64,000 nucleotides of DNA from Vicugna vicugna (Eukaryota): contig MU058844.1 in assembly GCA_013265495.1 (NCBI GenBank), forward strand, positions 8,677,490 through 8,741,489, written 5' to 3'. A program made the translations under genes and the position numbers. Positions 12,837 through 23,776 of this stretch are shown piece after piece. Under the pieces are notes generated by a model that saw only the letters and a program-made list of their open reading frames with translations, did not search any database and was not told the DNA's origin. Within the stretch, counting starts at the first letter, position 1; each line of letters starts with the position of its first letter.

Positions 12837-13224
12837 ACTGGAGATTCTGCTGGAATCAATTTAAAGCTTAAAGGATATTGAAGACATTTCTTTCTGTCTG
12901 AGCATGATGTCTCTGAAGCACATAAAGAAGCTTCAAGAGACTACCACACAAATTCCAAATTACTGAACTAAGGCAGGGCACTCCAATTTTATATCCTGAG
13001 TAGATTCTCTATACTTATTAAGGAATTTTTCAAGAATGTCGTCTTGGAAAGTACCATTGAATTTGTTCTACCTTTAAATACTTACAAATGCCCTGTATTA
13101 GGCTGATGGAAGATTTGAAATCATTAGCAAGTCGGGAAAGAGTGATCTTGTGCTGCTGATGGCAGCTGAGGAGACTGCCTGGGCTTGGTCACTAAGGGGG
13201 CTATGTTTGAGGAAATTTTGAGAG

Positions 13225-13707
13225 TGTTACCAGGACAGATTTGTTTGCCAGACACTCAGCAAGCCAAACACTGAGATGCTGAGGTTTGCAGCAGAGAAGG
13301 CAGCCATGTGAGGAGATGAAGAACAAGTACCAGATCTGCTTCCCCAAAGGAGAGGGGCTCACAGTATTTATGAGCTTAAGAAGCAGGGTGGTCTGGGGCA
13401 TGGGGAGCCTGGGGCAAAAGGACTGGAGAAATGAAAAAAGTAACCTAATTGGTCTGCATAGTCTCAGCTAAGCTACTGGCTTCTTCATGGGATGCGTGTT
13501 TAGAAAAAGGAGGTGTTGGCATGTTTTGAGGGTGGAGTTTTGCCTCTCTTATGTCAAAAGGTCACCGATCAGACACTCATGCATGCCTACTTGGGAGAGA
13601 TGGCCTCAACCAGTCTTAACTGGCTCAGGCTTGAACTGGGCACAGCCAACTCCAAGTTCCTGAAAAACAACTTGGGCAAACATCTTCCACTGTTTAGGTA
13701 TGTAACA
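13225..13707 (-). mobile_element. Solo LTR, probably ERV1 class
   Basis: GC-richer 483-bp block bounded by the perfect inverted termini TGTTAC...GTAACA. Orientation is inferred and the TSD is unclear. Confidence 0.7.
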
Positions 13708-13926
13708 TAAAGTGATATAAATAAACAATTAATGAAATAATATTTTAAAGATTCATGATGAAGACAAACATATTTAGTAAGATAAACATTTTAAAAGACT
13801 ATTTTAAAATGATAGCTACTTATCAACTGAAGGGAGGTAAGAGGGTGGAGATAGAGGTGGTAGTCACTGTTGCTGTTGAGGAATGAACAAGAGTGAGCTA
13901 GTGAAGGAGCCAGTGAAAGAATAAAT

Positions 13927-14585
13927 ATTTTTTAGATTCTACATATGAGTGAAATCATATGGTATTTGTTTTTCTCTGTCTGACTTATTTTGCTTAGCAT
14001 AAACCTTCAAATTCCATCCATGTTGTTGTAAATGGAAAGATTTTCATTCTTTTTATGGCTAAGTAATATTCCACTGCATATATATATACACATACATATA
14101 TATACATACATATGTACACACATATACATATTCACTTTCTTTACCCATTCCTCTACCAATGGGCACTTAATTTCCTTCCATATCTTGGCTATTGCAAATA
14201 ATGCTGCAGTGAACACAAGGGTACATGTATCTTTTCAAATTAGCATTTTCATTTTCCTCAGGTAAATTCCCAGAAAAGGAATTGCTGGATCACATGGTAG
14301 CTCTCATTTTAGTTTTTTGAGGAAATTTCACACTGTTTTCCATAGTGGTTGCACACCCATTTACATTCTCACCAACAGTATGCAAGGGCTCCCTTTCCTC
14401 CATATCCTCACCAACACTTATTTCTTGTGTTTTTGATAATAGCCATTCTGACAGGTGAAGTGGTATCTTACTGTAGTTTTGATTTGCTTGTCTCTGATGA
14501 TTAGTGACGTTGAACATCTTTTCATGTGCCTGTTGGCCATCTGTATGTCTTTTTTGGAAAAATGCCTATTCAGGTCTTCTGCCCA
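13927..14585 (-). mobile_element. L1 (ORF2 C-terminus / 3' UTR), inverted segment of a twin-primed insertion
   Basis: ORF 14007-14216 (MFTAALFAIAKIWKEIKCPLVEEWVKK) is the L1 ORF2 C-terminus. It abuts a plus-strand L1 tail at 14586. Confidence 0.9.
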
Positions 14586-14925
14586 GTGAACAAGCAAAAC
14601 AAAACAGAAACAGACTCATAGATGTAGAGAACAAGCTGGTAGTTGCCAGAGAGGAGAAGGGTGTGTGGACAGATAAAATAGGTGAAGAGGATTAAGAGGT
14701 ATGAACTTCCAGCTATAAAATAGGTAAGTCACAGGGATATAATGTACACATTGGGAGTATAGTCAGTAATATAGTATCAACTTTGTACATTGACAGATGG
14801 TAACTGGACTTACTGTGGTGATTATCTTATAATGTATAAGAATATCAAATCACTATGTTGTACATCTTAAGGGAATATAATTTTCTATGTCAAATATAAC
14901 TTAAGGGGGAAAAAAAAAGAAAAAG
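14586..14925 (+). mobile_element. L1 3' UTR and poly(A), non-inverted segment
   Basis: gaacaagcaaaacaaaacagaaacagactcatagatgtagagaacaagctggtagttgccagag... ending in an A-rich tail. Confidence 0.88.
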
Positions 14926-16111
14926 AAACAGTGAATGCCCAAGTTTCATCTGTGATTAAACTCAAAGATCTGATGGATAGTCTTTGCTTCCTGGGTCTCC
15001 ATCATCTGAAGCCATAAACACAGCAATGTGAAGAAAAAAATGGTTTTCTGAGACCCTTTTTTTTCTTGATACAAGTCTTGATAAACTGAGACTATATTTG
15101 TAATTGTGTTTTTGAAAATAAGCTTTTAGCTTATGTTACAGTCATTCTCATTGCAATTTAAATGACTTTGTCTTTATATTTTTTACTTTAAGAATTTGAT
15201 GCAAAGTATTCCTAGATCTTCTTTAGATCGACAGTGAAAATTAAGTTGATTTAGTACCTCAATAACAAACATAAAGATGTGCTTTGCAGTGTAATCACTT
15301 TCTCAAAGGTTTACTGTAAGTCAATGGAAAAATATTTTCCTGCCTCACTATCCACAGAAGCCACTTCACCTAGGATACTCTAATTTTACAGATTTGTACA
15401 TATCTTAGGTTATTTTATCCATCCAGTTTTTCTTTTGAAACCCAACTCCTTCACTAAATCAATTCCCTCCTCTATTTTCTTCTTCCTCAGATTTTTGAGG
15501 ATGTTCAGCATATTCTGCTGTCTGAATATGATGCTTGAAGGCATTCCATGCTAATTGTGGCAATTAACACACTGCACACAATGTTCCCTAGTTATTGCAA
15601 TAAGTTTCTATTGTACTCTGGTACCATGGTAAAGCTTTCTAGAATATATTTCCATCATTTTTGTTAATTTTCCTACAAGAAGTTTCCAACTTTCATGTGC
15701 TTTCCTCTATTTATAAGGTTTATAACTTTCAACTTTAACTTTCAAATATAAATTTTTTTTCTAACTCATGAGTTTTTCTAGGGCTCTTAATTCAACTATT
15801 TCATTTAAAACTTTTTATCCATTTCAAAGACTTTTTTTAACTTAATAATGTAGGGGAGATTATAGCCAAAATATAAATACATTTAAATGACAGAAGTACA
15901 AAACATGATCCTATTGGAATAAAAGCTGAGACATGATGACAAGTTAATATTACATTTTCTTCTCAGACTCATAGGAAATTTGTATTTTGGTTAATATGTG
16001 TATACATAGGTTCATTATAAAGCTTTCTGATTTGGATACAGAAAATTAAATTCACATAGATGCACTCCACTGAAGCATACATTCAGATAGAGAAACTTTG
16101 GCTAGAAAGAA

Positions 16112-16716
16112 TGTGACCAACTGGATTTTTGTTTCAGCCTTTCACTCTCCCTCCAGCAATAGAATTCTATATCTATATGATTTACCATGCAACTCTGTAG
16201 TGTTCTACCACTGTGAGAAGACTGTCCTTCCCCATTTCTTAACTAGATTCAGCAAGTGACTTGCTGTGGCCAGATATTAGCAGATATCATGCAGAGGCAT
16301 GAAAAATACATGTTATTGTGCCTCCTCTCCACTGTCATAAGAAGAACAGGCCAGATCAGCACTTTGGTCCCAGAAGGAGGAGGACAAATACATGGAGCAG
16401 AGCCAACCAAGTCAGCTTGAGCCAGATCAGCCAACCCCAACCTTTCCAGTGAATGAGCTAATTTGAGACCAGCAGAGACACTCAGTGAAGCCTACACTAG
16501 AACAGGCAAACTCTAGCCAACTCACAACTTGCAAGCTAAAAAAAAATATTGTATGCTGCTGAGATTTAGTTTTTGTTTTTATCATGGGAAGGGGGAGCCT
16601 CAGCCTGCCAGGGGAAGGTCCCGGCCAGGGCAACCCAGCCCTTGCCTGGCCCCTTTAGCCAGCCCCTTCTTTTTAAAAAAAATGCAGAATCATTGTGACC
16701 ATAGCTAACTGATACA
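16112..16716 (+). mobile_element. MaLR solo LTR (MLT1G/H-like), interrupted near its 3' end
   Basis: gtgacttgctgtggccagatattagcaga...ggtcccagaaggaggaggacaaatacatggagcagagcc... and terminus cattgtgaccatagctaactgataca. About 100 bp of foreign sequence at 16583-16682. Confidence 0.75.
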
Positions 16717-17010
16717 GAGGGGTACTTACATAATAACTGAAACATAAGTTTAACATAACAACTTGTTTTGTATGCTAGCTTAACTTTATTAAATACCATG
16801 CAATATGATTTTTCTATAATTATACTGTTTTCATTTCCCCTCTTTTTTGGTTTCTATTTCATTATTTAGAAGTGATGTCTGTAATCAACTAGAATATATT
16901 ACATGAACACTAAAGGATCTCCATTCAAAATATCTTCATCATTTTGTTGTTTCAATTCTCCTGAACTCCTTCCACATTCCTCATGACATCTCATGTTCTG
17001 TCCTTAAACG

Positions 17011-17589
17011 TGACAAACTCAGTTTGGAGATCCTCTTCCTGTCAAGCTAACTAACACAAGATTGGCAAGGCCAAGCCCAAGACCTGACTGATTCAGCTGG
17101 TAAAGATAAAATGAGCCACTTGTAGATTTAGACAGTTTATTACTTACATAGACAATGGAAAGAAGATTAAACCAAAGGTGCCAGTTCCCTGTGATTCTTG
17201 TTCCACACACCAAAAAGAATAATATTGCAACAAAAGGGGTTGGATGATGACAATGTGGTCAGTTGGACACACCAATGCTAAGGAACCAAATATAGACTGT
17301 AGCTATGTAGGTTTATATTCTGACACTATTCTGAGGGGGATGGGGTAGAAAGACCCATATTTCATGAAAACTCAGAGACCATGAAAAACTGTTCTGTAGA
17401 CAGCCTCCCAGGGGAAAAAAAATGTAAGTAGAAAATGGCCTCATAGCAGCTCCTTTTTAGCATCCCATCCTCTTGTATTGCAAGAGAATCTTAAAGCATC
17501 CTGACTAGACTCAGATAATGATTCAAACCTCTGCCTATTTGGATATGTACAAGATAACCAGGACACCATGGTGGAGTTATTCTCCTACA
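17011..17589 (-). mobile_element. Ancient LTR (LTR78/79-like, tentative)
   Basis: TG...CA-bounded block with cagtttattacttacatagac (minus-strand AATAAA) and terminus ccatggtggagttattctcctaca. The family call is weak. Confidence 0.4.
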
Positions 17590-18020
17590 GCTAATACCTT
17601 ATCCGATTTTGTTACAGCAAATGCTCAAAGTTCACAAACTTTACAGAAGTGTGACATGCCTCCAGGAGTCTATACAAAAACAGTAATGGCCTGCTTTACT
17701 TGCTATCACAAATGGATACACAATAAATATATTAACATCTTTCTTATAAGTGCACTTAATAACTGATTCTTGCCTCTGACCTAATAATTTTTCTCTCCCC
17801 AGTGATTAGTACTATGCAGATTCTGGTGATTAAAGGGTTACTCAAAAATTTTTGGAAGGAAGAGTAATTTTCTACTTCAAGTCTGAGTTAAATATGGACT
17901 TAGATTGCACAGTGCCACAAAGTTTCTTGTGTAACACCACTAATTTTCATCCAGAGGCAATTGTTCAGAGATGTTAACATTTAATCATTTCATTTGATAT
18001 TATTATATTATTACTATGCT

Positions 18021-18115
18021 GTAGTAGTTTTCTGGTAGTATCTTTAGGATTTTCTATATTCCATACTACATACAATAGGATTCTATTATAGTATCATGCT
18101 ACCTGCAAATAGAGT
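18021..18115 (-). mobile_element. Short inverted L1 ORF2 segment (RT catalytic region)
   Basis: Antisense of ctctatttgcaggtagcatgatactat...atagaaaatcctaaagatactaccagaaaactacta, the decayed LFADDMIL..ENPKD region. Confidence 0.8.
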
Positions 18116-19632
18116 TTTATCAATGAATTCTATAAAGCTGCAGGATACAAATTTAATATACCAAAACCTGTTGCACTTATAAACACTAACAATGAAATAT
18201 TAGAAAGAGAAATTAAGGAAACAATCCCATTTACCATCACATCAAAAAGAATAAAATACTTAGGAATAAACCTACCTAAGTAGGCAATAGACCTGTACTC
18301 CAAAAACAATAAGACTCTGATGAAAGAAACTGAAGATGACACAAACAGATGGAAAGATATACTATGTTTGGATTGGAAGAAACAATATTGTTGAAGTGAT
18401 CATACTATCCAAGGTCTACAGATTAAGTGCAATATCTATCTATTTTTCACTGGCATTTTCCACAGAACTAGAACAAAGAATTTTTTAAATTTGTATAGAA
18501 ACACAAAATACCCCAAATAGCCAAAACAATCTTCAGAAAGAAGAATGGAGCCAGATAATCATGCTCCCTGACTTCAGACTATACTACAAAACTACAGTAG
18601 TCAAAGCAGTATGCTATTGGCACAAAAACAGACACATAGATCACTGGAACAGGAAAGAAGGCTTAGAAATAAACCCACACTTAAGATCAATTAACCTACA
18701 ACAAAGGGGGCAAAAACATACAATGGAGAAAAGACAGTCTCTCCAATAGGTGGTGATGGGAAAACTGGACAGCGACACATAAAAGAATGAAATTAGAACA
18801 TTCTCTAACACCATACACAAAAATAAATTCAAAATGTATTGAACACCTAAATATAAGGCTGGATACTATAAAAGTCCTAGAGGAATACATAGTCAGGACA
18901 CTCTTTGACATAAATTGCAGCAAGATTTTTTAGATCCATCTCCTAGAGTAATGGAAACAAAAGCAAAAATAAACAAATGAGACCTAATTAAACTTAAAGG
19001 CTTTTGCACAGTGAAGGAAACCATAAACAAAATGAAAAACAGCCTACAGAATGAAGAATGGGAGAAGATATTTTCAAACAATGTGACTGACAAGGGATTA
19101 ATTTTGAAAATATACAAACAGCTCATAACTCACTATCAAAAACAAACAAACAATCCAAGCAAGAAATAGGCAGAGGGCCTAAATAGACATTTCTCCAAAG
19201 AAGACATATTGGTGGTCAACAGGCACATTAAAAGATGCTCAAAATCACTAATTATTAAAGAAATGCAAATCAAAAGTACAATGAGGTATCACTTCACACT
19301 GTTCAGAATGACCATCATCAAAAAAGTCTACAAATTATAAATGCTGGAGAGGGTGAGGAGAAAGGGGAATCCTCCTACATTGTTGGTAAGAATGTAAATT
19401 GATGCAGCCACTATGGAGAATAGTATGAAGGTTCCTTGAAAAACTAAACATAGAGTTACCATATGATTCGGCAATCACACTCCTAGCCATATATCCAGAA
19501 ATGACAAAAACTCGAATTTGGGAAGATACACGGCACCCAAATATTCATAGCAATAGTACTTAAAATAGCCAAGACATGGAAGGTTGTTTTTTCATTTTGT
19601 TTATGATTTCTTATTATATATATATATATAAT

Positions 19633-19678
<46 letters not shown>

Positions 19679-20010
19679 GGAGTATTACCCAGCCATAAAA
19701 AAGAGTGAAATAATGCCACTGCAGCAACATGGATGGACCTAGAGATTATCATACTAAGTGAAGTAAGTCAGAGTAAGACACACATCATATGATTATCAGT
19801 TATATGTGTTACCTAAAACATGATACAAATGCACTTATTTGTAAAACAGAAAGTGACTCACAGACATAGAAAACAAACTTATGGTTACCAAAGGAGAACG
19901 CAAGTAAAGGGAGAGATAAATTAGGTGTTTGGGATTAACAGATACATACTACTATATATAAAATAGATAAACAGTAAGGACCTACTGTATTGCGCAGGGA
20001 ACTATATTTA
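18116..20010 (+). mobile_element. L1, 5'-truncated/inverted, decayed ORF2 and partial 3' UTR
   Basis: ORF 18561-18749 ([30 protein letters not shown]) lies within continuous L1 similarity. Degenerate TSD atattattactatgct (18005-18020) / aaactattattatgct (20010-20025). Confidence 0.93.
19614..19676. repeat. (TA)n-(CA)n compound microsatellite inside L1
   Basis: tatatatatatatata followed by about 20 CA units. Confidence 0.95.
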
Positions 20011-20137
20011 AACTATTATTATGCTAGAGGTATACGCTAATTAAATAAATAATAGTCTGGAATTCGTATTTCAAATAATATTATCAGATGTAACTTACTT
20101 GTGATCAAACTTTTTAGAGATGTAAAATATTATTACA

Positions 20138-20413
20138 TTAGGGCAGTGAAAATACTTTGTATGATGGATACATGTCATTATATATTTGTCCAACTCATAG
20201 AATGAACTGTATGGCAAACTTTGAACTCTGGGTGATTATGATGTGTCCATGTAGGTTCATCAGGTGTAACAGATGCATCACTCTGGTGGGGGATGTTGAT
20301 GATGGGATAGGCCATGCATGTGTGGAGGCAAAGGTATACAGTAAATCTCCGTACCTTCTCAATTTTGCTAAAAAACCTAAAATGTTCTTGAAAATAAAGT
20401 CTTTTAAAAAAAG
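20138..20413 (+). mobile_element. L1MC-type 3' end
   Basis: ttagggcagtgaaaatactttgtatgatggatacatgtcattatatatttgtccaa...ctctggtgggggatgttgatgatggg...aaaataaagtcttttaaaaaaa. Confidence 0.85.
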
Positions 20414-21904
20414 ACAAAAATTATTATACTTCAACCATTATGTTGTACTTACTAAAATGTAGTTTACTTCAAAGTAAATTTTACTTTAAACAAAGAAAAA
20501 AAGGAATTTGAGTATTAAAATTTCTATACAGTCAGAAAACTATCTTTTTCCAGCATTGGCTTAATTATAAAATTGCTGAAATAATTTCACTAAGTTTTTC
20601 ATGAACATACTTAGAGCTTGATTGTTCTGAGAGAAGTAAAGCAATTAATTCTGCACATAGTTTTCACAAAATGTTTTGGCTAATGAATTTATCAAAATAG
20701 CAATTTATATCTCTTAAGATACTTTTTATAGGACATAGGTAAAAGTAAAAATATCCCCAAATATTAGGGCTAACTCTAATGACTTAAAACAGCTGTCCTT
20801 GAAGAAAACTGCATGACAAGTTTAAAATTAGATAATGGTTAATGCAAAGATGTTAAAAATTAAAGATGGAAAAAGTGTGTTCCTTTAATATACATAGTCA
20901 ACAGTTTCAACACTTTATAAAAAAAAGGCTACTTCACAACTTTCCTAGAAATTGCTTTGAAAAAACTGCTGTTTTTTGTTTCTTTCTCCTCAGGATAAAA
21001 CTGTATTCTTAATTTAGTGATCCCCTGCTTTTTTGAACCACAATCTTCCATTATAACCTTGTGATATGTCACTTGCATCTGTACCAAACAGTCTTGGACT
21101 CATTGATGTCAAAGATAAAAACGGTACTGGGATCTCAATGTAGCTTTCTGGTTGGGAAGACTCTGTATTTTAAAATAATCTAGAACAGAGAGTACTCCTT
21201 TTTGGCAGGGTGCACTGGTGTTAATCTTGCTCTGGCAGGTCATCAATGAACAGGGTGTTTTCCTGTCCTACCCCAGTAGGAAGTGCTGTTAATGCGAGAG
21301 TTTAAAAGTTCCCTTAACGTTCATGTATAATTCAACACATGCCTTCTGATTTCCCAAGGCGGTGCCTATTGTAGCAAAAGAAAAAAACCTTCATTGAAAC
21401 AGAAATTACATATGATGAGGCAAAATAAATTGCTCTGCATGGTGAAAGAAAATATTTTAATATATTTTTTATTGAAATGCTAGCACATACTAAAAAATAA
21501 TCCTAACACAAAGGCTAATACAATGAAAATCAAGTCTCTTTCCATTACATACCCACTACACAACCTTCCTTAGAGATAACCATCATGAAAGGATTTTTGT
21601 ATCCTTCCTGAAATAACAGTCTATGTGTTTTCAAATATATTAATATGTATTTTAAAAGTAAAATAGGAGTATAGCTTGAGAAGTAATTTTAATTAATATG
21701 TTATACATAAGTTTTAATATGAGTATTACCAGTGGATGTATTTCCAATGGATATATTTTAAAATATTTTACTGTCAGTAGATAGTTCTCCTTAGAGTCAA
21801 TTTACTGAGAATAATTCAACATTACATGTAAATTATTTTAATACTCTACCAGATTCCTATAGGGAATGTATTACTCAAATAAGATATTATTAACTTAAAT
21901 AATA

Positions 21905-22120
21905 ATGACAATGAATATTAATTGAGTGCTCAGTGTGTAGCAGACCCTCTTCTAAGTTATTTACACGTATTAGCTTATTTAATCATTACAGTAAAACCCT
22001 ACTAATTTTATTCCATTGTATAGATGAAGAAACAGAATGACAGAAAGATAAGTAACCTGTGAAAACACACAGCACACAGATAGAAAAAGCTCTATTTTAA
22101 TCCAGATAGTCTGACTTATG
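21905..22120 (-). mobile_element. MIR SINE
   Basis: attgagtgctcagtgtgtagcagaccctcttctaag...ccattgtatagatgaagaaacaga...aagtaacctgtgaaaacacacagc. Confidence 0.7.
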
Positions 22121-23214
22121 TTCTTACGTAGTTGTTATAATAGCTATCCATATTTAATGAGAACTACTTTTTTTGTTCTTAATCTAAAAATATTATTTTA
22201 AAATAATATGTAGCTATTAAAGAAAATTCATATTATGTCATAGTTCTTCCTTTATTTTTCCTTCTCTGTCTTCCAAACCCAAATGACAGAGAAGTCTCTT
22301 TTTCTTCCATCATAATCTACTCTCCACGAATTACTTCCCCCAGTCTATATTGCTGTCGTTCCTAACTCTTTCCAACAGAACTCTCAAAAGTACAGTTTCT
22401 CTGGGACTGTCTTGACAGCTACACAGAAAGAGCTAGATTCATCTTATAGTCTAAGTCATAACATCAAGCTTCTGGCCTAATGCAGATCCGTCTGAAAACT
22501 GACTTTCTGTCTCTCAGAGCACTGTGCGCCTCAGCGGTGTGACACTGAATAGCTATTGGGCTCTGCTTCCTAGCTTCTCTCCTACCTTCCCCGTCACTCC
22601 CATCAAAACCAAGAATCCTTTAGTGTTATGTTCACTCTTCTGGGACAAAACCTTCTTCCTTTAAAAGAGTCATCATGATTTTACCAAAAAAAAGTCTTCA
22701 TCATTGTGGAAGTACTGGCCCACATTATCTTCCTCAATAGCAACATTTTGCTCACTGTGTCTCAGTGCAGCTGTGCTTGACCAAAATACTTCCATATACA
22801 GTTTCCAGTTGTCCTTACATAGCAGAAGCTAAACAATATTGCTGAAAGAAAAATAACTAAGATTTTGAAAGTTTTTTTTGGAGGATCTCAGCTTCTTTCT
22901 TGAAATCCCATCCAGTTCTTATCACTGTAATTAGGTATTTACTTTATATCCTATATCTCAAATTATGAAACCATCAGATTATGTCTAATAAGGAATTAAG
23001 GGTCATCTAAAAGAAAAAGAAAAAAAGGGAGGGGGGCTGCAGCGTGAGAGAGATGTTCCTAAAATTATTCTAAGAATATTGGCCTAGAAGCCTAAGTTAG
23101 TCTTATCCACCTGACTGGAAGATACTTTATATGGAATTTTACATTCACTTTTATGTAAGGGACAATTTTAATCCCTTAAGAATGGTGAGCTAGAAAGGTA
23201 GGCCTACTTGGTGT

Positions 23215-23776
23215 GTTGAATGGATAAAGGAAATGTGGTATATATGACCAATAGGATATTATTCAGCCTTAAAAAAGGAAATTTTGCTATCTGTGACAAC
23301 ATGGATGAACCTGGAGGACATCACACTAAGTGAAATAAGCTAGACATAGAAAGACAAATATGGTATCACTTACATGTGGAATCTAGACCAAGGAAAGTCG
23401 AACTTACAGAAACAGAGAATAGATGGTGGTTACCAGGGGCTCCAGGGGCTTCAGGGGCGGTGTAGACAAGTGGGAGAATGTTGGTCAAAAGGTACAAACT
23501 TACAGTTATAAGATGAATAAGTTCTAAGGAAGTAATAATGTACAGCATAGTGAGCATAGTTAATAAGCATCCTATATACTTGAAATTTGCTGAGAGTTGA
23601 TCTTAAGTATTTTCACCACAAACACATCAAGTAACCATGTTAAGTGATGGATGTGCTAATGAACTTGATTATGGTAATCATCTCACAATGTATACGTATA
23701 TCAAATTATCAGATAGTACACTTCAAATATATATGGTTTTATTTGTCAATCATACCTCAGTAAAGCTGGGGGAAAA
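23215..23776 (+). mobile_element. L1MA9-like 3' end
   Basis: gaatggataaaggaaatgtggtatat...caacatggatgaacctggaggacat...ggtacaaacttacagttataagatgaataagttc...catacctcagtaaagctgggggaaaa. Confidence 0.88.
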
